This document shows positions 13,693-25,168 of a stretch of DNA of 64,000 bases, piece by piece (positions within the stretch are counted from its first letter, which is position 1; each line of letters starts with the position of its first letter). The notes beneath the pieces are model-generated. The model saw nothing but the letters and a program-made list of their open reading frames with translations. It ran no database searches and was not told where the DNA came from. The stretch covers positions 124,001-188,000 of the forward strand of contig JAUGWO010000060.1 of the NCBI GenBank assembly GCA_049724395.1, given 5' to 3'. A program made the position numbers and the translations under genes. The stretch is from Spongospora subterranea f. sp. subterranea (Eukaryota).

Positions 13693-15054
13693 CGCTGATC
13701 GATCTCTATGAGTCGTTCAGCTGGGACATATAACTTGGTCAAGTTCCCTCAATCATAAGGGAATTGATCACTTTATTTTGTTGCAATCGTCTCTCGGCAA
13801 CCTTGAAATTGAGTGGCAAGATATCATTTAACAAAAAATCATAAATAAATACCTATTGAGAAGCAAAAAGTCAATTCTACAGAAACCCTTGAACGCAGCT
13901 ACTAATGAACCCGATTCCTCTATTCAACATCGATGTGTAGCGATTCTCGCGATGTCCAATACCAGTCGTCAGGGAAGTCGAAGACGGCGCAGGGGATGAA
14001 GACCAGGTGTTGATGTTCATATCGCCGTCCGAGGCGAATATCAAAACCGGGGTGAGACGCGATGAGCACCTTGATACCCCATGCAGTTATCGAGGCCATT
14101 TGTCGCGTCGGCTGCCAAATCTTTAGTGACAGGTCTCCCGACAAAATAGATTCAATTGCATGAAGCATTTCAGAAAAGAAGCCGGTGAAAAGTCGGACAG
14201 CAACGAAACGAAGGTCATCGCCACACCAAGCGAAAGAAAAGCGAACGATAAGGATCGAAACCCGAACGCTTTAATAGAGCAATGGTGGTGGATATCGTGA
14301 ACCCTAACAAGTTTTCGCCGATATCAGAGCCGGTCGACGACCCCAATTCAATCGCAGCGCAAGAAAAGCTGGCAGCGACACGCTCTATTGTTGAGCTTGA
14401 TTGAATTCACTTTCGCCGAAGTCAGCCGCGTTGTTGCGTCTGTAGACCCCTGATTACGGTCAAACATAGGTTCGAGTTCACATGCTCTGATGACACTTCC
14501 TCCTACAACCTTCGATTTTCGCCAACAGCGTCGCTGGCTCTGATGTATCGGCCGACACTTGTCAGGGTTCACGATATCCATTACCATTGCGTCGGCCTCT
14601 ATCAAATCGGTCGAGTTTGGATATTTATCGTTCGCTTCTCTTTCGCTTAGTGCGGCGATGACGGGCAAAAATGCTTGCTATCCGACTCTTCTCGGCTTTT
14701 TTTCTGGAATGCTTCATGCAGTTGTATCTATTGTGTCGTGAAAAACAACCATCCAGATAACGGGAAATACCTGCGGCTAAAGATTTGGCGAATGTGCCCC
14801 GATAACTGGGGCACTTAGAAGTTGAAAAGAGCGATCGGGTTCATCAGTAGCTGCGTTCAAGGGTTTGTGTGGATTCGACTTTTTGTTTTTCAATAGGTGT
14901 TGATATGTGATTTTGTTGAATGATATCTTGGCACCGAATTTCAAAGTTGCCGAGAGACGATTGCTACTACATGAAGTGATCAATTCCCTTATGGTTGAGG
15001 GAACTTGGCCAAGTTATATGTCTCAGCTGAACGACTCGTAGAGATCGATCAGCG
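13693..15054. repeat. Diverged long inverted repeat (arms ~13693-14339 and ~14529-15054), probably transposon-derived
   Basis: Multiple blocks are reverse complements, e.g. GATCGATCTCTATGAGTCGTTCAGCTG vs CAGCTGAACGACTCGTAGAGATCGATC, and GATATCGTGAACCCT vs AGGGTTCACGATATC. The left arm has an extra ~150-bp segment. Confidence 0.85.
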
Positions 15055-15500
15055 GCGATAGCACCTCGTCATCAGATACCCGAACTGATATGTCCAGTGA
15101 CTACAAATTTCCGATGTCGACTTTCCAATCGTTCGGCCGTTCGACATTCGATGAGTTTCGCCAGGTACCAGAAGGTGCCAACCAAGATGGCGAAAAAGTG
15201 CAGTCTCAGGTCGGTCGGGTGTACCAGGAGACCCGGCCAGGGCCAGTCCCCCCAATGACAGTTGACACTTACGGGTCACGCCGTATATCCCATGGCCCTT
15301 CGGTGCTGATCCATCCGACGTTCGAAACAATGACAGCGCGGGCAACGGAGCCAGTAAATTGTGAGGATCGGGAAGGCGCTCATCGGTGCAATCAACCCTG
15401 TGAGCCGCCCAGCGCCGAAGCCCAGCAATACGAATTGCGGTGCCAAGACGCCCACGGTCAGGAAAACAACGCCGAACCTGGCCGTAGTTGCCGGGTCTAG

Positions 15501-17578
15501 TTGGCCTTTCTTCTGACCTTGATTCAAGAACGGTGCATTGCAGGACACCGGTTTATGATATTGTGCTGCAAACGGTTCAGTGAAGTTGCAGAACATTTAC
15601 GGACGGCGTCTGGTCGACTGTTATACTCAGTCCATGTCGAAGGCTCGGATAGTACGTCAGCGAAGGTCTGAACTTTCTCCCAATAATAAGTAACCTCGGA
15701 AGGTTTTTCTCTCCTCGGCAATGGCCATCGCCTGTTCGTTAAGATATTGAGGACGGAGTGTTCGTCGTTGCGTTCTGAATACGATCGCGCTTCCTCCCGC
15801 GTCGCCACAATGGTTGCTGGTTTGAGGAGGCGGCAAGCGGATATGGTATTTTATTACCCAAATCATCGCGAATGGTTTTCGATTGTTTGTCAATTCAGGT
15901 GGGAAATGTTTGTACGTTACTGCAGAAGAAAATATGTGCAGCTTCCTTGGCGATGCATGAAGACCATCTTGCTTTTGTTCATAGCCTCGACAAGGGAGAT
16001 CTTCGCGGAAATCCGTCTATGGAAACAGCGCAGTTGGATTACACAAATGGACAACCCAACTGCTCCGAACCAGGGTCGGCCAGCAGTTTGGTTGACTTAT
16101 TTTCCACAGAATATAGATGCTCCGTCGAAAATCTCAAATCGTGCACGGAACGGTCATTGAACGCATACGGGCTCGTGGAGATGGAAATTCAACAGTATGT
16201 CGAAGCTGCATGTGAGGTATATACTAATTGTCAACTAACAATGAATTGAGCTAATTAAGGTCAATCACTGGCTAGATGGTGCGCTATGAGTTCAATTGCA
16301 TTGATAAAATGCATTGCGACGTCTACGAAGGTCTCGTGAACACACTTCCCACGTCTGTTAAGACGGAGGACGAATCTGCCGAATTCATTCAGTTTTCCTG
16401 CGGAATTTCGTTGAAAAAGGACGAACGAGTTGACTATGTAAAGCATGTCAAGGTTGACCAGTTCGACCTGATACGCTCGCAGTTTGATCTCGGTTGCGAG
16501 TTCCTGATTCGGGTAACGGATCATGTCTCGGCTCACATCGACATCCTGGACAATTTTCTAATGTCGACCTCCCAACCGTTGGCGAAGCTGGGCCGTTCGA
16601 CATTTCGCGCAGCAAAGTCACTGCGAGATTTCATATTCCAACGTGTTCAACCGTTCAAATCGTGTCAAAAACGATGTTTTGCGACCCTATCGGATCTACG
16701 AAACTCATGTCACGAGCTTTCAGAGAAAAGTTCAACTGCACAATCACAAGTCGCAGCTCTTACCACAAGGTGTCAGAACATGCAGGACATTGTACAAAAG
16801 TCCACGGCGGCAAAAGACAAATTAGATGCGGAATGGCAACGGTGTTGCGATCAGCTTGAAAAGTCTGCAACATCGTCGGCTTCGTCAATGCAGGATATAT
16901 CGACGTATTTGGATGAAAAACTTAACCTTAGGTAAGAAACACAAATTCAGGCTGTGTCACATTTATCAACTGATGAATAGGAGGGCAAAATCTACTATAA
17001 AACTGCAGGAACATGTGATTCAGATTGCGCACAAACGATCGGCCGCTATCCAGGTCGTTTCTGAACTGGAAACGCAGATGGAATTAGAATCGGCAAATTT
17101 CGTCAACGTCGTTAAAAATCTGTTAATCTCCATTCAAGTCTGGGACAATGAGCGAATTGGTATTATGAATTCCTCATTCAAAGAGATATTTGGGCTACTT
17201 GAGGAGCTGTATCGTCGCAATAGATTGAGAACCGAATAAAGTGCTCCATGAACCAGGTTGAGGTATCTGCTATGCCAGATATATTGCTGGCAAGTTTCAT
17301 ACTACTATATCACCAGATCTATCATCTGTAACAAGGTGATGCCCTATGGTTGGATGAGAGAACTTCCGGTGCCCCCCGAGAAACTCATAAAACTGCGAAA
17401 TGTCCATCAACGATGCATCAATTTAGTGGGGAATCATCATTAAGGAAAACGGCGGCGCTTATTATTCTGACATCTGCTTGAATGCAACCAAATAGTTTCG
17501 CCTTCGGCTGATCAGGCCACCGCACCGGTTGCCGTCCTTCTCCTCGGTGGCGTGAAGGTAAGGACGTCCCTTTGTAAG
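15501..17578 (+). CDS. Coiled-coil protein with an F-BAR-like domain (multi-exon; start uncertain)
   Basis: FDLIRSQFDLGCEFLIRVTDHV resembles an FCH start, followed by long helical segments and IQVWDNERIGIMNSSF, typical of an F-BAR C-terminus. GT-AG introns at ~16933 and elsewhere. Confidence 0.5.
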
Positions 17579-17829
17579 TCCGTTTTCGACATAACGAGAG
17601 TCCCATCTCAATCGTAGATTCAGGACGATCGTCGGTTTTACCCGATGATGAATCTGCAAGTGCTTGAGCGTTGGGAATATCCCTGTAATTTGTTCGCGTA
17701 AGCTTTTGAGAGTGCATTTCGATTTCAATATTTATCTCAATTCGCGAGAAGTAAAATCCTGATTTGAATCTGGATTTTCTCGAAATTTTACAATTGTGCA
17801 ATGTCTGTAATTTTGAGTTGCCGATCGCG

Positions 17830-18150
17830 CTCAGAACCCATTTTGAGGTATCGCCATTTTCTAGCGATTTGCCTTTCGTTTGAATTGCCGTCGTTGATTT
17901 CCTTGGAGCGATGATTGATTGCGTCCAATAAGGTGAGGTGGTTTTATGTGCTGTGACTTTGATATTGTGGTATTTCAATAACGGTTTAAAATTGTTTTTG
18001 AATAAAGTTCCAGTTCTCGTTGGCATGACGGCCTGTACCCATGCAGTACCAGATGTCATCTTGTTCGGTTGTTTTGTCAACCATCCAGTTCCTATTTGAG
18101 CGAATTATAGCTCTAGAATAGCCAGCTTTGAAAAGGGTTATTTCAAGGTG
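17830..18150 (-). mobile_element. Degenerate retroviral-type (rve) integrase remnant
   Basis: The fragments PFSKLAILEL and FKNNFKPLLKYHNIK..TTSPYWTQS..GDTSKWVL resemble the integrase core of Gypsy/Ginger/Polinton elements. Catalytic residues are decayed. Confidence 0.35.
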
Positions 18151-18917
18151 ACCATTTCATGATTGAATGTTTTTTACCTGTCCTCAGAATACTGATGTTT
18201 CTCCCGTTATCCAGCTGTTCTTCGTCAGCTCAGGCTTGTATGATGCATGATGTGTGTATTTGCACTTGTTTGTGGGCATTTTGTAAAACTTGATAAGCTC
18301 GTCAAAAACTCCAAAATCGTTCCCTTCGGTTATATCTAAACAGTCAACCTCTGAGCCGAATTGTTTCAAATCAAAATCAAGATTTTGCGACGACTTTTTT
18401 GACTCGGTTAACGCTATTATCAACCAAGAAATATGTGATCTCCATAACAGCGATATAATAAAGGCCTATCTTCAGTGGTTGTTTGACCATTGAAGATCTC
18501 ATTGCTGCTAAGACTGAGTCTGCGAACACTCCTGATGCGTTCCCCAAATGTCTCATAGAGAGGAAGGTGTTCCTCCATCCTCCTCCTGCCCATATAACAT
18601 GTATCCTGTGAAAACCTGTGAAAACACTTATGGGCAAAGTGTGCCCTTTTGGGGAACCACAAGAGAGGCTCTCCCCAGTGCAATCGGGGCGTTGTCAGCC
18701 GCGCAACCTCTGTGTAAACCAGTGTAAACCTTTGTTTTAAGGTTGTCCAGGTTCCTGTTGCAGTCTGTAAAAGTAAAAGTGTACATTGTATCATACATAG
18801 GCAGTGGGAGTGATGCGCGTCACTGATTTTTTTTTTCCGCGCACAGAACACACCACCGTTGCAGGCCTGCAGCAAGAACTCTGCCAAACGCTTTCCCTTT
18901 CTGGGCTGGCAACTTCA

Positions 18918-19747
18918 ATGAAGGATACTGTGGACAATGGGACGGTGAGAGAAATAGGGGACGAGGCAGTATGGACGTTATCATCGGCCAAGCCTGGTAA
19001 CGGCGTCGATCAGCTTCGAGATGGAACCGTCGATTCATTCTGGCAGTCAGTCGTGTTCTTCACCGCATCGTATTGTTCATTGATTTTAACGATGGCTCGA
19101 AGATCCGACGGCCAACAACCCCATCTAGTCAACATTCAGTTTCAAAAGAAAATGAAAATCAAAGTGAGTCGATGGATTTGTTGACGAAACAGCCTTTAAA
19201 ACCAATTCTTAGGAAATTAAAATATATGCTGATGAGAAACTAGATGAGAGCTATACTCCGGTCGGTTCGAGAATGCTTGTCGCATGTGTGATTCTTTTAA
19301 TTGATACCATCAGGCCAAGTTATCCATTAGATGTGGAACGTGTTTCCATGATCTGAGGGAAATACAAGTTGTAGAGCTAGAGCATCCATCTGGCTGGGTT
19401 TCAATCCCTTTGGGAAGTGGAAGGTTCGTGTGTTCCTCTCACAATATGCCTGCGCTTCTTCCCTTATTCTCCAGTGGCAGTCCAGATCGCCATGGCGCTG
19501 ACTACTTGCAAACATATCTTTTACAAGTGGCGATATTGGCATCAATGCAAAGTGGTCGCGACACACATATTCGCCAGATAAAAATATTTGGGGCCAGGCC
19601 GTAAGATTTTGAATGATTTTTTTGGGTATGCTCATTTCTGATTCCTTGCTCATGATTTTTTTCTTTAGTCCTAACTTAGAGGGTATCGGGTCACCGTTGT
19701 CTCAATTTACCACAACTGAATTTCAAAGATTTTCGTTAATTAGATAA
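18918..19747 (+). CDS. APC10: Anaphase-promoting complex subunit 10 (DOC1)
   Basis: [48 protein letters not shown] and [24 protein letters not shown] are present, with a C-terminal IR tail (..FSLIR*). Confidence 0.95.
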
Positions 19748-19900
19748 ATTTGCGGTTTTCGTTAAATCTTCCCATGCAATGGGAGACACGCTCACTCGTC
19801 AAACAGATGTTGTCGTATGTAGGCACGTGTCAGGTACCCGCGTTGAAATTGGTCAAATATATCTGTAATGACGTTTAGCTGATTAATCACTCTTGCTATC

Positions 19901-20606
19901 ATGCCTGCATTCAAACGTATTCCACCAACTGCCATCGTATACACAAAACGAATCAGTAAAAAGCATTCTCGCACTGTGCCCCCAAGGAGAACAAATCCTG
20001 GCGTTGATGATCCAATCAGCGTTTCTGCAGTTCGTAAAATATTGTCGCAATTGCAGAGCTATATAAATTCGAACCGGTTTTCCATCGCCGTTCTAGTCAT
20101 TGTTGTTGGCGGAACAACATCACTATTATGGTCGCCGGCACCAACATGCATCAACGTTCGGCATGTCGACGAAGTAATCAACTGCGAGAGAAGTTCCCGA
20201 AGTACCAGCCAGATGTCACCAGTGACTCTGTTACCAAGAAATAATCAGTACCCTCTGCTTGTCAATATTACTTGCATCGATAAGACATATCGGAGCAGCA
20301 CTCTTCAATGCATCGCATTTTCAATGGATCGTGAACCACATCCCTTCGCATATTGTAGGCAAGAAACTGAGAAAACATATTCCGCTTTTGACCACGATTT
20401 CGGATGGCAAAATAAGCGATATTGTTAAAAAGGTGGCGAAAAGGACCCCAAAATGGGCGATTGAGATTCATTGCCGCCGGTTAATTTTGAACAACCTCCC
20501 ATCGTTTGAGACCGTATTCTACAGGATCATGCCTGCATACTTGGCTATTCGTGTGGTAATATACAACATCATCACCCGGATCAACGTTGTTGATCAACCA
20601 TTGTAA
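19901..20606 (+). CDS. Hypothetical protein with one predicted transmembrane helix (likely 2 exons)
   Basis: Two overlapping ORFs can be joined by an intron after ..HVDE|GTAATC. Hydrophobic stretch FSIAVLVIVVGGTTSLLW. Confidence 0.45.
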
Positions 20607-21169
20607 TACAATGGCGATGGTTGTGTTTACCCTAATAAACCACAATATCGAGGACGATTAACTGACAACCGGGCCAGGCCGCACCGAAATTCTTCACCGC
20701 AAATGGCTTCCTTTTTCATCCTGCAAGGGACCGCAATAATGTGAACAGGTAGCTTCTGGGTGTCGCTTCATGCTGGACCTCGGCAAAATTGAGAAATTCG
20801 AGTACGCCCAACACACGAAATGTCAATATAGATAGGCCAGTGAACATGCAGTATAGTTTTGGCCATCGTTCTTTACGTTGAGGACGTCAATGTCAACAAA
20901 AAAATGTTATACAAGAGTGCTCGTGGTTCAAATGTGTCTTGTCCCAGACGAAACTCAACATTGGTTGGGAGTTCATGCTCAGTTTTGATTGGCGTTGCAA
21001 AACGCTAATAATGCGCCAATTCAGTCTTGAGTAGAAGTGTTGCCCATGTCCTGATGGTGTAACATGATAAATAACCGTCTGTCCATCACAGCCCTGATCG
21101 CGCACTTTGACTGATGTTTTCCAGTGGTGGCGAGGTCACCTCCTCTGGAAATCTGATTCCCTGATTATC

Positions 21170-23495
21170 ATGGCCGACGATGTAGAGCGGGTCAGACAGC
21201 CAATTTTGTCTATCTACCACGAACTCAAATGCTCGATATGCTTTTCGCTTATGATGGATGCCTGCTCGTTACCGTGCCTCCATTTGTTCTGTAAGGTATA
21301 TTCTCATTTTGTGGTCATCTGCTGCGTCTGCTCATTGACACCACCTTAGGCATGTATTGACAGGACACTGACAATAAGAGCACGATGTCCTCTTTGCAAT
21401 GCAGATTTCAACCGGCGTCAAGTTCACAAAGCAGGGATCATCAATCACATTGTCCCATTGTTTGCCGAAGTTCGTCCTTGGAACCATATACCGACCCCTT
21501 GACAGTTCTAACCTTGAACTAGCTACATCATATCGTGCACTCATATGTTGATATTCCATGTTTATCGCAGCACACATCCAGCCCTCCTTCCAATAGCATT
21601 TCTCCAGTACCATTTGACAACAGCTGGCGGCAAGAATCGAGACTTCCTGTTGGTGTCGAACCCGTTTCACCCCAGTTATCCCAATCGCTGTTGATTACTG
21701 AATCAAATACCCAAGCACGTAGGGCGTCGACACCACAAGCACTAGTTCAGGAATCTCATCTGCCAGTACTCAATAATAAGGTCATTCTGAACAATCAGTT
21801 GAATCCTCACGTGCGGCTCATGCCTCGGCAGGTGGATCGCGTATCGGACAAGTTTACAACTCCAATCAGCACGCAGAGACATGTGTCCGCTCGCTCACGA
21901 GCCCTGCGAATAGAAGCTTGGTCATTACGTACGATATTGTCAAACGTCTATTAACATTATTATCGGCGTATTTAGGTCTCCAGTTACTTTCGACGCGATG
22001 CCGGGAATGGATCATACTCGTTGCCACGTTTGCTATGAATCGGATGAGAGGTCGATGGTGAAATGCCATAAATGCGACTTGGCGGTTCACAATGAGTGTT
22101 ATGGGCTGGACACCGGTGCGTTTGCCGGGTGGGAATGCGAACCCTGCTCTGCCGGATTAAGCGCTACGCCGCCTTGCTGCATCTGTCCTGATCGCCGTGA
22201 TCGGGCCATGCGCCCGGTTCTGGCTTCCCCAAACCGGGCCGGCACCGACGCTGGGGTGATCCAGACCTTATGGATTCACGTGTCGTGTGCCCTGTGGGCT
22301 CCTCAGCCCACGTTCACAGATACCAGATATGGCAATGGGGGATCGATTAAAGGGGTCCACAAGATCCCAAATGAATGTCTGAAATTGGTATTAGAACCTA
22401 CAATCCCGCAACTCCTCGCTGATTGATATCTTTCTATAGCGATGCAGTCTCTGTCACCGGACCGGGTTTTGTCTTCAGTGTGAATATGGTCGTTGTACAA
22501 CGTCATTCCACGTGCCATGCGCAGCTCGCTCCACCGTCCGGCTAGAGCTCAGAGAACTCAGGGACAATATTTATTTCCATCAACTATGTCAGAAGCATTC
22601 GCATTTATCTGATCGTGTGATGACCGATAATACGTCAACGGCGTCATCTGCTTCTCGAAGGCGTGATCGTGCCAGTAGTTCGTCTAGATCATCTTCGAAG
22701 AAGCTACATTTAGCGCCTATTTCACCAGGCGTTTCATCGCATTCTCGTACTTTTTATTTATTAACGACAGGTGTCCACGTGTGGTTGGTTGCCCGAACAG
22801 GAATCTGATACCTGCGTTTCAGGATTAACAACTGATGATGACGATACTATTCGAACGATCGCCGGACTGCCAGACAGCCAAGTCATTCTGATGTCAACAT
22901 TATCGCCCCGGATCAGTCATGTCGTCGTTCGATGTTATGGTAGCGGCTTACAGGCCGGGCGCGCACGTGCCAGGACGGTCAAGTACATGTTCGGCGTTGC
23001 CGGCGGTATCTGGTGTGTATCTCATCAATGGGCGCTGGATTGGGCAAAGCAAGGACGACCCCCAGATGAAAGGAAATACGAGGTCCTTGGAGACTATGTA
23101 GCGCTAGGGGCTCCCAATAAATCTCGAACGGGTCGGGAAAACGGTGAAAACCCGCTCTTTTCAAACTGGACGTTTTTGATTTTGGTAAAACCGTTCGAGG
23201 AAGGTTCAATGTTGCAACTCTTAATCCGAACTGTTAACAGGGTCAAATCGAATCGCATCCAGGTCTCGATATTGAGCTGGAGGATATCATCGTTGCTGGG
23301 GGCGGTCAAGTGTTGAAGATGTTTCCCATAACGATGCCAACGTCTCCTACTGTACTGATTCAAGAGGCAGAGAATGATAGTAATCCGATGCGACGATCTA
23401 TTGAGGAAAGATGTTCTGCATTCTCAATAGAGATCCACGACGCCCAATGGGTTTTTGACTTACTCAGCAACTTTTCCAGTCCTAGATTGTCTTAA
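21170..23495 (+). CDS. BRCA1/BARD1-like protein: RING + PHD/Zn-knuckle/ePHD + BRCT repeats
   Basis: RING: ELKCSICFSLMMDACSLPCLHLFCK..CI..CPLC. PHD: CHVC..VKCHKCDLAVHNECYG..WECEPC. ePHD: CCIC..WIHVSCALW. BRCT: SHVVV..RTVKYMFGVAGGIWCVSHQW..DERKYEV, and a second repeat ending WVFDLLS. Confidence 0.8.
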
Positions 23496-24725
23496 TATAC
23501 TCTAAATTGTGTCTTTATACAATCAAGAAAAATTGTAGTCCGTCCTGCTGGGATCCATTGATAATCCAACCGTTTCAGGCATGATTAGTGTTCGTGAACG
23601 ATTGGCTGGTGGTCAACGGTTGACTACCTACCGTGGGAAAACCTGGTCTTCTCTACCACTGCTCCTGGGGTGTAGGTGTACTGTACAATATTTTCGGAGG
23701 TACAGTAATTTGACTTTCAGAATTCAACGCAAACCACTGGCAAATACTAGTAATTAACCTCCGAGTATTTTGCCACATTTGCAGAGCGCGTCGGCATATG
23801 ACGGTCCTGGCAATTTTTAGACAAATCGCGATAATATCGGTGACGGTTGCCATTGTGATTGGGGTGATATTCGCAGGTCAGTGACACCTTACGATCAAAG
23901 TTTGACCAACCTTACCCAGAACGTGTTGATTGGAAGTAGGTTGGTTCTTACTATGGAAGGTGTATCTCAGCAAATATGGATTGTTTCGAGTGATTCTGGG
24001 GTTGAGACCATTGACCACTGAAAAGGTTTGTTGGAATGGATTTATCAATCATCTTGTTAAACTCAGCTTCGCAGCATCTTAGTCAACGTGGCGGCTTCAG
24101 CACCGGTGACAAACGCAGGGTTCCTCAACGATCGTGTCTTCGCCCCGTTATTTGATTGTGCACGATGCCGACGTCCCACTTGCCCGCTACCGATCTCACA
24201 ATTAGGTATAAATATAAATTTGACAACGAGCTAAATAACCAACATATTCATACAAATATTTCTGAAGTATCAACGTCTTAAACGAGAAATGCTCATGTCT
24301 CAACTTGCGTCAATTAATTCTACCATTTTACTTTCCCACTTTTCGTAAGTTTCAACCTCTTTGCAGCGCCTTTATGGGTCTTCAGTTTCGTCGCTGTACT
24401 AGCAAACCACGCCGTAGATTCGGCCAATGCACGAGCCCCATATCGGCCGAGCAGCCGTCCTAATGCGAACATGTCAACGATCCCGCGATGAGGTAAAAAA
24501 GGAATCAGCCTAGGGGTGCCGTAGCTACAGCAGGGTGCTAGGGTTCTTGCCCCCTCTCGTCCAGTGAGGGTTGCACTTGCTTTAGGATCTCATTTCTCAT
24601 CAACGATAAAACTGTATTTTTGAACGCATCCAGATATAACAAGCTCGACTTACATCGGAATCGTTGTGAATCGGTCTTGAATAGTATCGATGAATTTCAC
24701 AATACAGAAAGAAGTAGATGCTTTT

Positions 24726-24870
24726 ATTTCTCACCAGGGAGCGAGTTTACGTGCATCACTTCAGCGAATGAGATGGAATTCGTATAATCTGGATCATCGA
24801 ATTTCTCGTCAGGGAACGAGTTTACATGCGTCATTAGCGAATGAGATGAAATTCGTATAATCTGGATCAA
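24726..24870 (+). repeat. Two-copy ~70-bp tandem duplication
   Basis: CAGGGA(G/A)CGAGTTTAC...AGCGAATGAGATG(G/A)AATTCGTATAATCTGGATCA is present twice. Confidence 0.8.
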
Positions 24871-25168
24871 TTGAATCAGTTTCACAATCCGTAAAAAGGC
24901 GAAAATGGCGGGACCGCCCCCACACCAGTCTGGTGTAGTGCATGACCCGTCATGCTGTACAGTATGGAGCATTTGGTGTTTCGTTTCCCTACCGACTGTA
25001 CATCAGTCTCAGGTTCGAGTGTTTCCGTTTCCCTAAGTTACTGTACATCAGTCTCACTCTCAGATTCAAGTCCCTGTCCCCCTTTCCAAACTCCGCCTCA
25101 TCGCTTGATAATCTTTTCTCATTTGCCATAAACGCGTTGATGTTTTCATGGCGGAAACTGCTTTTGCG

